The notes: generated by a model from the letters alone, not told the origin. A stretch of 64,000 nt of DNA from Candidatus Moraniibacteriota bacterium (GCA_046116545.1 CP175956.1:513734-577733); one strand, 5' to 3'; shown: positions 31,390 through 42,163, counted from the first letter of the stretch. Numbers and translations: made by a program.

Positions 31390-31595
31390 GATCTTTTCCT
31401 CGATTTTTTTCAAGAGTTAATCTTCTGTTAACCTTTTTGTTAACTATGTAATATACCATAGCTATGAAAAAATAGTATAAAATGTGTTAAAGATGAAATT
31501 AAGGAAAAAATATACAGTTGGTTTTTTCCTTAAACATTGACAAAACTAGCATATTTTACTATAATGAAAGTAATAACATAAATAATATCATTTTT

Positions 31596-32333
31596 ATGAA
31601 TAAGCTATATAAAGAACTCAAAATCTTTGGTTTAACTGAATACGAATCATTGGTATACATGGCACTTTTGGAGACGGGAGAAGCTAATATTGCGCAATTA
31701 ACTAAAAAATCAGGTGTAAATAGGAGTACTGTGTATTTAGCAATTGAATCTTTGAAGAAAAAAGGACTTATAAGTTCAGTAAAAAAACGAAAAACCTTAT
31801 TTTATGCTGAAGATCCGAGAAAAATGATCGATAATTTAGAAAGACAGAAAGAAAAGTTGGAAAAAGTTATGCCTAGTTTTTTAGCCATTTTTGCACTTCT
31901 GGATAAAAAACCAGACATTCGATTTTTTGAGGGAGAGGAGGGAATTAAAGAAATATATAAAGATATCTTAAAAACATCAAATCAAGAAATGCTCGCATGG
32001 TATTCCAATGATTACAAAGAATTTTTTGACAAAAGCTTTTTCTTTGATTTTTTTATACCAGAGCGAAAGAAAAATAAAATCTGGTTGCGAGCAATATATC
32101 CTGAAAATGAATCAATGAGAAATTTAGCAAGTAATAATGTAGAATCTTTACGACAGACTAGATTTATCAAGAATGACAAATTTAATATTGAATGTGAAAT
32201 TTGTTTATATGAAAATAATAAAATTGGAATTGTGTCATATAAAGATGAATTTGGAATTATTATAGCTAGCCAAAGTATTTTTAATACACTAAAATCCATC
32301 TTTGAAGTTATGTGGGATGGTGGTTCAGAATGA
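31596..32333 (+). CDS. TrmB-family transcriptional regulator
   Basis: FGLTEYESLVY.ALL, SGVNRSTVY...ESL..KGL, FFEG.EGI; start reassigned to ATG 31596. Confidence 0.88.
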   Translation: MNKLYKELKIFGLTEYESLVYMALLETGEANIAQLTKKSGVNRSTVYLAIESLKKKGLISSVKKRKTLFYAEDPRKMIDNLERQKEKLEKVMPSFLAIFALLDKKPDIRFFEGEEGIKEIYKDILKTSNQEMLAWYSNDYKEFFDKSFFFDFFIPERKKNKIWLRAIYPENESMRNLASNNVESLRQTRFIKNDKFNIECEICLYENNKIGIVSYKDEFGIIIASQSIFNTLKSIFEVMWDGGSE

Positions 32334-32400
32334 TATTTATAGAAAATGTAGTCTTGATAATAAAGTATAAAGGGATAAGGTGAAATAGATGATAAGGCAA

Positions 32401-32744
32401 TGTTTAACCTTGGGACATTCAAAGGTTGGACCTTTTTTGCATACTGGGAGCAATGATACAAAAGCCCCCCATTCCTTTTAAAAGAGGAGGTTTTGGTAGT
32501 GGTAAGCAATATCAAAATTATTGAAGAATGTGGTTTAAACCCCCTCTGTCCTTCGGACATATCCCCCTTAAAAAGGTGAGATGTTTATGGTTAATCTTTT
32601 ATGAAATAGCAATTAGATTACTAAACTTAGCTATCTAGTTGATATTTTTTGCGTAGATTGAGTAAGGGTTGTATTATTGTAGAGATAGGTTTTGTGTCTG
32701 TCCTTTAAGATGAAACATAAGACACCCACAAGGAGTGTCACTAC
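32401..32744. repeat. Intergenic cluster of three palindromic repeat families
   Basis: AAGGTTGGACCTTTT 32422-36 (cf. 37484-37523); CCCCTCTGTCCTTCGGACAT 32537-81 (cf. 48994); GTAG...CTAC doublet 32679-32744 (cf. 43542). Confidence 0.7.
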
Positions 32745-32765
32745 AATTATTTATAAACAATTTTT

Positions 32766-35420
32766 ATGACAAAATCAGAAAAGAAAACTTTACTTTTACT
32801 TGATGGAAATGCGATTGTGCATCGGGCTTATCATGCTATTCCACCTCTTACCAATGACGAGGGAATTCAGACCAATGCTGTTTTTGGGTTTACTTCTACA
32901 CTTCTTACTGTACTTGAGAAATTTCAGCCGGATTATATTGTAGCTACCTTTGATTTGCCAGGGAAGAATTTTCGACATGATATGTACAGTGATTACAAGG
33001 CAACTCGCAAGGAAACTCCGGAAGATCTAATTCCTCAATTTGACCTTGTCAAAGATGTTGTGAGGTCAATGGGGATTGTGATTGCTGAGATGGAAGGGTA
33101 TGAAGCTGATGATGTGATAGGGACTATTGCAAAGCAGGCAAGTGGTGATAAAGTAGAGACAATTATTGTAACAGGTGATAAAGATACTTTGCAATTAGTA
33201 GATGATCATGCTCGTGTGTTTACAATGAGTCGAGGGATTCATGACATGGTGCTTTATGACAGAGAACTTGTAAAAGAAAAGATGGGAGTAACAGTTGAAC
33301 AAATTCCAGATTATAAAGGTTTGCGAGGGGATAGTAGTGATAATATACCGGGAGTAAAAGGTGTGGGTGAGAAGACTGCGATAGCACTACTCTCAGAATA
33401 TGGAGACCTTGATGGAGTGTATGCAAACCTTAATAATATAAAAGATGCATGGCGTAAAAAGCTTGAAACAGATAAAGAGAAAGCATTTCTCTCAAAAGAA
33501 TTAGGCATTATCAAAACTGATGTGCCAATAGAACCTATTAATTATGATTTTGCCAAAACTTCTGATATGACTTTTGATACTGCTCGTAAAATGTTTTTGC
33601 AAATGGGATTCACAAGTCTTTTGAAGCGTTTACCTGAAAATGGAGAAGATAAAAATAATGGAGAAGAAATAAAAATAAAAACATTGGAAGGGTCTCAAGT
33701 AAAAAAAACATTAGAGAGTTTAAAAAATAAAAAAACTGTTGTAGCTGTTGATTGTTCTGATGGCGTTATCTATGGTCTGGCAATTGTGGTTGATGATGAA
33801 TTGTTATATATACAAATTAATAAGGAGTCGAAGAACGTGTGTGTTGAGTTTTTGGAGGATGATAATATTAAAAAAATAATTTTTGATATTAAGGATATGA
33901 TGCATGAATTAAAAAAATGCAAAATTGTCCTAAAAGGTGGTGTACAGGATGTTTTGTTGCAGGCTTATATTACGCAACAAAACAAGAAGTTAAAGTTCGA
34001 TACATTGGTATTTGATGTGTTTGGTGTGATGTTGGAGAAAAAAGCCACAGGTGCACAAATGGCGTTGGAACTTAGGGATAATGATAATGAAAAACAAACG
34101 GTTTGTGAAAAAGTATATTATACAAATGGATTAGCTAGTCATTTTGATAAAAAAATTAGTGAAACGTTGAAAACTCAAAAAGAAAAAGCAAATATTCAAA
34201 CAATGCTGGATACTATGGAGATGCCACTCATTGAAATTTTGTTTAACATGGAGGAACGAGGGATTAAACTTGATAAAAATACGTTTAGTAAAATAGCAGA
34301 GTACATTGATGGAAATATAGAAGAATTATCAGAAAACATTTATAAGCATGCAGAAGAAGTATTTAATATTAACTCAACAAAGCAATTAAGAGTAATTCTT
34401 TTTGAAAAACTTGGAATTGATACGAAAGATATTAAAAAAACAAAAACAGGATTTTCAACAGCATCTAGTGAATTAGATAAAATTAGAGATGTTCATCCGA
34501 TAGTAGAAAATATTGAAAAATACAGAGAATTATTTAAACTTAAATCTACATATATAGATGTGTTACCGACTTTGACGGATAGTGAAAATAAAATTCATAC
34601 AACATTTAATCAAGCAGTTACTTCAACAGGAAGGTTGTCATCTTCTGAGCCAAATTTGCAAAATATTCCAATTCGTACAGAAGAAGGTCGGAAAATGCGT
34701 GATGGCTTTGTAGCGAGTGATGGATATGTATTTGTTAGTGCTGATTATTCTCAAATCGATCTGCGGTGCGTTGCACATGCAAGCGGAGATAAGACAATGA
34801 TTAAGGCATTTAATGAAGGTGCTGATATTCACACAACTACAGCCGCAACAGTAATGGGTAAAAATCCAGAAGAAATTACAAAAATTGAGAGAGCGAGTGC
34901 AAAAGAATTAAATTTTGGACTTATTTATGGAATGGGGGCACATGGATTTGCAGTAGCAGCTGGTATAAGTAGGGAAGAAGCAAAAGAATTTATAGCAACA
35001 TATTTTGAAAAATTTGCTGGTGTAAAGACATATATAGAAAATACAAAAAAAGAAGCGGCTGAAGTCGGGTATGTAGAAACATTATTTGGTCGTAGGAGAT
35101 ATGTGCCAAATATAACTGCAAAAAATTTCATGTTAAAAAGTGGAGCTGAACGTGCAGCAATTAATATGCCAATTCAAGGACTTGCTGCAGATATAATGAA
35201 ATTAGCAATGATAGCGGCAGATAGATATATTGCAAAAACATATAGTGAAGGAGACGTATACGCAATATTGCAAGTACATGATGAAATTATATTTGAGGTT
35301 AAAAAAGAAATTGTAGAAGAATTTAATAAAAATATAGTAAGAGTAATGGAAAACGTTTGTAAATTGTCAGTACCCTTAGTAGTGGATACGGAAAGCGGTG
35401 ATAATTGGGGAGAACTTTAG
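32766..35420 (+). CDS. polA: DNA polymerase I
   Basis: LLDGNAIVHRAYHA, EADDVI, GDSSDNIPGV, TGRLSS.EPNLQNIP, DYSQI, QVHDE. Confidence 0.98.
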   Translation: MTKSEKKTLLLLDGNAIVHRAYHAIPPLTNDEGIQTNAVFGFTSTLLTVLEKFQPDYIVATFDLPGKNFRHDMYSDYKATRKETPEDLIPQFDLVKDVVRSMGIVIAEMEGYEADDVIGTIAKQASGDKVETIIVTGDKDTLQLVDDHARVFTMSRGIHDMVLYDRELVKEKMGVTVEQIPDYKGLRGDSSDNIPGVKGVGEKTAIALLSEYGDLDGVYANLNNIKDAWRKKLETDKEKAFLSKELGIIKTDVPIEPINYDFAKTSDMTFDTARKMFLQMGFTSLLKRLPENGEDKNNGEEIKIKTLEGSQVKKTLESLKNKKTVVAVDCSDGVIYGLAIVVDDELLYIQINKESKNVCVEFLEDDNIKKIIFDIKDMMHELKKCKIVLKGGVQDVLLQAYITQQNKKLKFDTLVFDVFGVMLEKKATGAQMALELRDNDNEKQTVCEKVYYTNGLASHFDKKISETLKTQKEKANIQTMLDTMEMPLIEILFNMEERGIKLDKNTFSKIAEYIDGNIEELSENIYKHAEEVFNINSTKQLRVILFEKLGIDTKDIKKTKTGFSTASSELDKIRDVHPIVENIEKYRELFKLKSTYIDVLPTLTDSENKIHTTFNQAVTSTGRLSSSEPNLQNIPIRTEEGRKMRDGFVASDGYVFVSADYSQIDLRCVAHASGDKTMIKAFNEGADIHTTTAATVMGKNPEEITKIERASAKELNFGLIYGMGAHGFAVAAGISREEAKEFIATYFEKFAGVKTYIENTKKEAAEVGYVETLFGRRRYVPNITAKNFMLKSGAERAAINMPIQGLAADIMKLAMIAADRYIAKTYSEGDVYAILQVHDEIIFEVKKEIVEEFNKNIVRVMENVCKLSVPLVVDTESGDNWGEL

Positions 35421-35483
35421 AATAATAAAATCCTGATTGATATTTTATCAGTCAGGATTTTTGAAAAAGTGATATAACAGTTG

Positions 35484-35849
35484 TTATAAACGGTATGCTT
35501 GCAAAAGTGCTGTAACTTCACGTAAGCGAATTGTTAATTCGTCAAGTTCAGTAGTTAAGTACCCAAATTTTTGTGCTAGTGCCTCATTAATAAGGTTATC
35601 ATCTAGTGACTGTGTCCAACCAGTGATGTCATAAGATACAAGTGGCATCCCTGCTTTATTGCAAATTTTGATAACGATACTATTACATTTATGATTTTTT
35701 GTTTTCATATAGACATGTATCAAAAGAAGATGTTTATCATAACACAGTAAAGTATCAAAAGTTTCTTGATGTGGAGTGCATAATCCTTTTAATTCTCTAG
35801 CTTTCGATTCAGACACACTATTTAAATTAATTTGAAATGTTACCGGCAT
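35484..35849 (-). CDS. Hypothetical protein
   Basis: 121-aa ORF with SD GGAGG. Confidence 0.65.
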   Translation of the reverse strand: MPVTFQINLNSVSESKARELKGLCTPHQETFDTLLCYDKHLLLIHVYMKTKNHKCNSIVIKICNKAGMPLVSYDITGWTQSLDDNLINEALAQKFGYLTTELDELTIRLREVTALLQAYRL

Positions 35850-35899
35850 TATTTTTCCTCCAAGTGGAAAATTTTATGAGACAATTTTTATTGTCATAT

Positions 35900-35998
35900 T
35901 TAGTGTGTTCCGCAACCATAATCTATCCACCCATCTTTTTTGAGAAGATTTCGACAGGCGAAACAGATATGATATTTCATTTGTATGTTTTTTTTCAT
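35900..35998 (-). CDS. Putative 32-aa zinc-binding micro-protein
   Basis: Manual: MKKNIQMKYHICFACRNLLKKDGWIDYGCGTH* (CxxC...CxxH). Confidence 0.35.
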   Translation of the reverse strand: MKKNIQMKYHICFACRNLLKKDGWIDYGCGTH

Positions 35999-36258
35999 TA
36001 TGAAAAAATCACATATTTTTTTATAACACTCATCACAATTATTATCGTATTTAACAAGAAATGTTAACATAATAAGCCTCTTTTTTTAAAGAATAGTTAG
36101 TGTTTTCTGATTAGGAAATAATAATTTTATCACATGCTACTTGCATGAGTATTCAATGATTGCATATAAAGAATATTTTGTACATAGTTTGTTTTTTGGG
36201 TTATAGTTATTCAATGTGATATACTATAAAAAGTGTTAAATAATTATTTAGTAAATTT

Positions 36259-37461
36259 ATGAATAAAAAGTTTATTTCAACAGTTGGATTTGGCTGTATT
36301 GCAGTTGTGGCACTTGCTGGATGTGGGTGTAGTAAAGATAAAAAAGAGATAGCTCCAGTCGAGGAGGAAAAAGAAATGGTAGGACTTATACCGTATGAAG
36401 AACCAGAAAATGCTAGTGTCATAACTGGACTTGCTTGTGATAATAATGATAAGCGAGCTTTTTCTATAATGTATAGTGGTAGCATTGATGCTCGACCTTA
36501 TTGGAAAAATCTTGATAAGGCAGACATGGTTTTGGAGATGCCACATAGGATGCATAATGAGCCAAGATTGATGGGAACATTTCAATGTGAAACTCCTGAT
36601 GAAATAGGGCCGATGCGTAGTGGACGAGTTGATCATATGGCTGTAGCTGATTCACTTGGAGCTGTATTTGTAACATGGGGAAAGTCAATTGTAGCAGCAG
36701 CAGCAATGAACAAAGAACTTGCTGATAATCTAGAAGTTGGAAGTGGTACAACATCAAGTGATGGTACTCGGGCTGGATATATTGATCCAAATATTACATT
36801 TTATAGTGCTAACTCTGCATATGCTGATTTAAATGGGATAATAAAAATGTCGCAAGACAAGGGGTATGGTGGAGAAAATTTAACAGAGGGATTTAAACAT
36901 CAGGGTGAAATTGCAAGAGAAAATCGGCCAGAGCATGGAACGGTAGATGTAAAATTTGACACTAGTCAGCATCGTATTAAATATGAATATGATCCAGAGA
37001 CAAATTCATACAAAAGATTTCATAAGGGTGAGCCGAGTATAGATTATGCAAGTGGTGAACAATATGCACCAAAAAATATTATAGGAATTGTAGCCAAAAG
37101 AGATAGTTGGTTAGCAGAAAAAGATTATGTTGTGGATGGGTTATTGGATCCGTGGAGTGGAGTGCCTGAAGAAAAAATAGAGAGTAACCAATATCCAAAT
37201 ATGCAATTGGGAGATCCATGGTTTGATACTGTATTTGAAGGAGAGGCTGAATTTTATTTCAATGGACAAGAAATAGATGGTACGTGGAAAAGAGAAAAAG
37301 GAACTAACAAAACATTTGCATTTTATGATGAGAGTGGACAAGAAGTTCATTTTGTACCAGGACAAATTTGGATGCACGTTTTGCCACATGGTCAAAAAAT
37401 CAGTTATGAAGATGCAGAAGAATATCAAGATCGATTGGAGGATGAAAAAACTTTGCAGTAA
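36259..37461 (+). CDS. DUF3048 family lipoprotein
   Basis: Lipobox LAGC; ARP....ADMVLE, IGPMRSGR, YEYD..TNSYKR, PGQIW. Confidence 0.8.
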   Translation: MNKKFISTVGFGCIAVVALAGCGCSKDKKEIAPVEEEKEMVGLIPYEEPENASVITGLACDNNDKRAFSIMYSGSIDARPYWKNLDKADMVLEMPHRMHNEPRLMGTFQCETPDEIGPMRSGRVDHMAVADSLGAVFVTWGKSIVAAAAMNKELADNLEVGSGTTSSDGTRAGYIDPNITFYSANSAYADLNGIIKMSQDKGYGGENLTEGFKHQGEIARENRPEHGTVDVKFDTSQHRIKYEYDPETNSYKRFHKGEPSIDYASGEQYAPKNIIGIVAKRDSWLAEKDYVVDGLLDPWSGVPEEKIESNQYPNMQLGDPWFDTVFEGEAEFYFNGQEIDGTWKREKGTNKTFAFYDESGQEVHFVPGQIWMHVLPHGQKISYEDAEEYQDRLEDEKTLQ

Positions 37462-37483
37462 ATCAATTGTGATTTTTGCATGA

Positions 37484-37523
37484 AAAAGGTCCAACCTAAG
37501 GTTAACCCTAGGTTGGACCTTTT
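37484..37523. repeat. AGGTCCAACCT/AGGTTGGACCT inverted repeat (REP-like, possibly also a terminator)
   Basis: 15-bp perfect arms; sister half-copy at 32422. Confidence 0.65.
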
Positions 37524-37580
37524 GATTGTTGTGATATAATAGAAATATAGCAGATATTCAGAATAATTATAATATTTTTT

Positions 37581-38525
37581 ATGATTTTATTTTTTTATGG
37601 TGAGGAAACTTATCAATCTTCACAAAAAGTAAAACAACTAAAGAAAAATTTTTTTGAAAAAAATCCAAACGGAGATGGTTTGGTTGAATTTGATTGTGAT
37701 GAAGATTGTAATATTGCAAATATTAAGCAGTCTTTTGGTGAGCAAAGCTTATTTGCTACAAAAAAATTAATAATTATACAAAATTTTTTTGCAAATACAA
37801 AAGCACCAGAACAAAAAGATATTATCGAACGACTTGAAAACAATATTGATGATATCATTGTATTTTTTGAAAATGGTAAAGTGAAAAAAAATGCTGTGTT
37901 GTTTAAGTGGTTAAACAATAATGCAGACACTATTAAAGAAAGTAATTTATTGGACGATTATACTCTGGAGGAATGGATTGGTAATCAATTTAAAAAAAAT
38001 GATACAAAAATTGAAAATGATGCGAAAAAAGAATTAATTTTGTTTGTTGGAAATGATTTGTGGAAGTTGTCACAAGAAATCGAGAAATTAATTTGTTATG
38101 TTAATAAAGGAACGGTTAAAATATGTTATGTGCATGAAATTGTAAAAGGAAAAATTGATGCTGATATGTTTGAGATGATAGAGGCAGTTGCATCAGGAAA
38201 TCGTGGAGTAGCATTAAAACTGTTAAATAAGCAGATTGCAGCGGGAGATGATAAATTTCATATCTTTAGTATGTATGCATATCAAGTAAGGACCTTGGTA
38301 AATGTGGGTAGTGCAATGGAGGATGGGTTGCGAGATAAAAGTATGATAGCTAGTAGCGTGAAACTACATCCGTTTGTTGTGCAAAAGTCTATAGGAATGG
38401 TTGATAGATTGTCATATGCAAAAATAAAACAAATGCATAAAATGTTGGTTAAATATGATTTTGATATAAAGTTAGGTAATTGTGATATTGATTCAGCTTT
38501 AGATTTATTTATTGTAAATTCATAA
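37581..38525 (+). CDS. holA: DNA polymerase III delta subunit
   Basis: FFYGEE, QSLFA.KKLII, G.DLWKL.QEIEKL, LHPFVVQK, D..IK.G. Confidence 0.9.
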   Translation: MILFFYGEETYQSSQKVKQLKKNFFEKNPNGDGLVEFDCDEDCNIANIKQSFGEQSLFATKKLIIIQNFFANTKAPEQKDIIERLENNIDDIIVFFENGKVKKNAVLFKWLNNNADTIKESNLLDDYTLEEWIGNQFKKNDTKIENDAKKELILFVGNDLWKLSQEIEKLICYVNKGTVKICYVHEIVKGKIDADMFEMIEAVASGNRGVALKLLNKQIAAGDDKFHIFSMYAYQVRTLVNVGSAMEDGLRDKSMIASSVKLHPFVVQKSIGMVDRLSYAKIKQMHKMLVKYDFDIKLGNCDIDSALDLFIVNS

Positions 38526-38535
38526 TAAAATAATT

Positions 38536-39375
38536 ATGAAGAAGGTAGGTGTAATAATATTAAGTATACTGATTGTAGTGGCAACAATGGGATTAGCCTC
38601 TATGACACGTACACCTAATCATGACAGATCTTGGGAATTAGGTCATGATAAGTTGCCACAAATTCAAATATCCGGAGATAATATTACCATACAAAATATG
38701 CGTGATTTCACATGGAATGTTGATGGTGGGGCAGATGGTAAATATATTACAGATAAATTTAAACTTAGTGAAATGGACAGTGTTGATGTTATAATTTCAC
38801 ATTTTGATGATTTTCATGGACTAGCGCATATTTTCATTACATTTGGTTTTGAAAATGATGAATACATTGTTGTTTCAGTAGAAACTAGACGAGAAGAAAA
38901 TGAAGCTTTTTCACCATGGACTGGTTTATTAAATAAATTTGAACTTATCTATGTTGTCGGAACAGAAAGAGATATAATAGGAACACGTACAAATGTTCGT
39001 GGTGAAAAGGTTTATTTATATAATGTAGATGCTGAACCAAAAACTATACAAAAGTTATTTAAATTAATTGCAGAGGACATCAATGTTATTTATGATACTC
39101 CCAAATTTTATAATACGTTATCATGGAATTGTATAAATGCAATAACTAGAAGAGTGGAAGATGTTGCTGATGTTAATTTTCCAGTTACGTATAAAATGTT
39201 GCTACCAGGATTTGTTGATGAAGTTCTCTATGATATGGAAATAATTAGACAAAAAGGCACATTTGAAGAAATAGAAATGAAAGCAGAAATAGATAATGAT
39301 AGAGTAGATAGGGATAGTGAGGATTTTTCAAATCAAATTCGGACACAATTTAAAACACAGTTATCATCGACATAA
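38536..39375 (+). CDS. DUF4105 (Lnb-like N-terminal domain) exported protein
   Basis: AHIFITFGF, SVETRRE, FELIYV..TERD, FYNTLSWNC. Confidence 0.8.
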   Translation: MKKVGVIILSILIVVATMGLASMTRTPNHDRSWELGHDKLPQIQISGDNITIQNMRDFTWNVDGGADGKYITDKFKLSEMDSVDVIISHFDDFHGLAHIFITFGFENDEYIVVSVETRREENEAFSPWTGLLNKFELIYVVGTERDIIGTRTNVRGEKVYLYNVDAEPKTIQKLFKLIAEDINVIYDTPKFYNTLSWNCINAITRRVEDVADVNFPVTYKMLLPGFVDEVLYDMEIIRQKGTFEEIEMKAEIDNDRVDRDSEDFSNQIRTQFKTQLSST

Positions 39376-39507
39376 AAAAGTCATTGATGTGTATATTGAT
39401 AAAGGAAAAGGCAATATGGCATTGCTTTTTTTGTATATTTCTGTAATGATTGTGCAAAAGAGGAAAGAGATGTTCATGAACAATTAAATAGAGGAGAAGG
39501 CTGACTT

Positions 39508-40494
39508 ATGGAAAAGAAAAATATTGAATTACCACCAGTTATATTGGCAAGTGGTACGATGGGTTTTTTTGGTGAGGGTTATCCGTACCATAAATTTATC
39601 CAGCCGTTTGCATGGATTGCAAAAAAGTTATCGATGTTTGTAGTAAAAACAGTAACGGTTGATGCAGTGGTGGGAAATATGCCACTCAAAGACGATAGTT
39701 CACCATCGTCAATGCGACCAGATTGTATCTTTATAGATTTCAAAAGATGGTTGTGTGGTGGCATGCTCAATGCTGTAGGTTTGAGCAATTTTGGGGTAGA
39801 ATATTATCTCAAAAAAGGATTATGGCAAAAATGTAGAAAACCATGGGCACTTTCATTGATGTTGGTGAGAGGGACACGTGAAGAACGTATCGAAGAAGCG
39901 CGGGAATTTGTTGAAATTATGCGCAGATATTTGCATGAATTTAATATATTGCCAATTCTCAAATTAAATATTTCTTGTCCTAATACTTGTCATGATGTTT
40001 CTGGTTTGGTAGGGGAGCAACGAGAGATTTTGAGTATCTTGGCACCTCTGGAGTTAGAGATTGTCGTAAAAGTAAATGCACTTTCAGATATTGAAAGTGT
40101 ACGCAAGATTGCTGAGCATGAAGCTTGTAGTGGTATTTGTGTATCAAATACATTGCCATGGGCTGAGCTACCTGACTGGATTAAATGGGAGGTTTTTCCA
40201 GAATTTACAGAGTCACCACTTAAAAAGTATGGTGGTGGAGGATTTTCAGGAAAACAATTATTGAAATATGTAGTTGTATGGATTGCACGTGCACGGCAGG
40301 CTGGTATCACAAAACCAATTATTGGCGGAGGTGGTATTTTCACACCTTTGGGTGTATGGCAAATGTATCGCGCAGGTGCTAGTGCTATATCAATAGGTTC
40401 ACCACTGTTGTTTAGACCGTGGATGATATTGTTTAATATTCTGACAGCATTTATGTTGTTCAAGTTATTTCCAAAATGGAGGTGTGATTTATGA
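39508..40494 (+). CDS. pyrD: Dihydroorotate dehydrogenase-like flavoprotein
   Basis: LASG, KTVT....GN, NAVGLSN.G, NISCPN, SNT, GGFSG, IIGGGGI. Confidence 0.82.
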   Translation: MEKKNIELPPVILASGTMGFFGEGYPYHKFIQPFAWIAKKLSMFVVKTVTVDAVVGNMPLKDDSSPSSMRPDCIFIDFKRWLCGGMLNAVGLSNFGVEYYLKKGLWQKCRKPWALSLMLVRGTREERIEEAREFVEIMRRYLHEFNILPILKLNISCPNTCHDVSGLVGEQREILSILAPLELEIVVKVNALSDIESVRKIAEHEACSGICVSNTLPWAELPDWIKWEVFPEFTESPLKKYGGGGFSGKQLLKYVVVWIARARQAGITKPIIGGGGIFTPLGVWQMYRAGASAISIGSPLLFRPWMILFNILTAFMLFKLFPKWRCDL

Positions 40495-41555
40495 AAGTAT
40501 ATACAAAAGGTGGTTTCACATATGGTGAAATAATTATGCCAAGTAATTTTCATGTACATTGGCGTGAAATCTCACAGTTTTTTTGGACAGTTGGATGGAG
40601 TGCTGTGCAGTTCCGTTATGCATTAGGTATGCTAAATACTAAAAAACCTTTAGCAGACGTAATTGATGCAAATAGTTATTGTATTGAAGCACAAACAGAA
40701 GGGAAATTGGTCAATAAGCAATTTCGACCTTTTGTAGCATTATATTTAACAGATGAAACTACAGTAGAAGATATTGATGCAGCGGTCAAATCAGCATACA
40801 TACTTGCAGCTAAGTTGTATCCTTGTGGAGCAACGACAGGCTCAGATTCTGGTGTGACTAATTTAAAAAAGATGTGGCCAATATTTGCTCGTATGGAGGA
40901 AAAAGATTTACCTTTGTGTTTGCATGGTGAAGTCACTAATCCAAAAGTGGCACTCTGGGATAGAGAACGTGTTTTTGTTGATATGAAATTATCTCTTATC
41001 CACGATGCATTTCCAAAACTTCGTATTATTTTGGAACATGTATCTACAAAAGAAGGTGTGCAGTTTATACAAAGTACACCACCTAATGTGGCTGCAACAG
41101 TTGCACCACAATATATGTTATTTAATTGTAATGATGTATATATGTGGCCAAGTCGCAATTGTTATCCAGTTATCAATTCTCCGACAGATCAAGAATCTGT
41201 AATTTCTTTAGCTGTTAGTGGAAGAAAAGATTGTTTTCTTGGAACAGATGGAGCATCACATGCAGATGAATATAAATTTTGTGATGGGGGTAATGGAGGA
41301 TGTTTAAATGAATTTTATGCAATACCTTTGTATTTAAAAGCATTTGAACACGCTGAATCAGTAAAAAAGTTTAATGATTTTGCGGGTGTGTTTGGTCCAC
41401 AATTTTACAACTTGGAACTCCCAACAGAAATTATGAAAGTATGTCGTACTCCTCATATTGTTGAGAGATGTACGCAGATAAGTTCTGATAAGTTTGGGAC
41501 ACCATTTTTAGCAGGTGAAGTTTTAGATTGGCAAGTGGATGAAATATTGTTATAG
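40491..41555 (+). CDS. pyrC: Dihydroorotase (E. coli-type, divergent)
   Basis: HVHWR, KLYP.GATT.S..GV, LHGEV, EHVST, FLGTD..SH; ATGA overlap with pyrD. Confidence 0.85.
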   Translation: MKVYTKGGFTYGEIIMPSNFHVHWREISQFFWTVGWSAVQFRYALGMLNTKKPLADVIDANSYCIEAQTEGKLVNKQFRPFVALYLTDETTVEDIDAAVKSAYILAAKLYPCGATTGSDSGVTNLKKMWPIFARMEEKDLPLCLHGEVTNPKVALWDRERVFVDMKLSLIHDAFPKLRIILEHVSTKEGVQFIQSTPPNVAATVAPQYMLFNCNDVYMWPSRNCYPVINSPTDQESVISLAVSGRKDCFLGTDGASHADEYKFCDGGNGGCLNEFYAIPLYLKAFEHAESVKKFNDFAGVFGPQFYNLELPTEIMKVCRTPHIVERCTQISSDKFGTPFLAGEVLDWQVDEILL

Positions 41556-41677
41556 TTCAAAAAAATATTTCCCAGGTATCATAAATCATGATACCTGGGA
41601 TTTTTATTTTGTTATAAATAGAGTGTATGAATGTCACTTTAAAATAAAAACCGCTTTTGAAACCGCTTTTTGTAAGT

Positions 41678-41944
41678 TTATTTTTTTGCAGCTACAACCA
41701 TTTTATTTAGTCGTGATTTCTTGCGTGATGCTGTATTTTTCTTTAGTGCATTTTTTTGAACAGCTTTGTCCAAAGTTTTTTGTGAAAGTTTTAGATACTC
41801 ATCAATTTTTTTTGTATCTTTTTCAGCAACAGCTTTTTCTAGATTTTTGATAGCTGATCGGTAAGCTCCACGAATTTTACGGTTTTTTTCTGTGTTTTTT
41901 AAAGTAACCTTCATGTACTTTTTACCTGCATCTTTGATTGGCAT
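41678..41944 (-). CDS. rpsT: 30S ribosomal protein S20
   Basis: LDKAVQK..LKKNTASRKKSRL. Confidence 0.95.
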   Translation of the reverse strand: MPIKDAGKKYMKVTLKNTEKNRKIRGAYRSAIKNLEKAVAEKDTKKIDEYLKLSQKTLDKAVQKNALKKNTASRKKSRLNKMVVAAKK

Positions 41945-42163
41945 AATATTTTTAGTAAATTTTAGTAACTAATTGTTACTAGTTGTTAATTAATTGAGCA
42001 TCAATAAAAATTATTATTATAGAACTGAGAAATCCATAATGATAATCGTTTCTCTTTTATATCATATATATTGACTTTTGGCAATGCTTAGATAAGGTGT
42101 TACACTAGTTTGTATAAATGTATTACAGTGCATTTTTTGCAGCTAAATTATAAATGTTAGAAT

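Noticed and set aside
32012-32560. 182-aa - strand ORF
   Set aside because: Antisense to the TrmB gene and runs through repeat remnants; no recognisable motifs.
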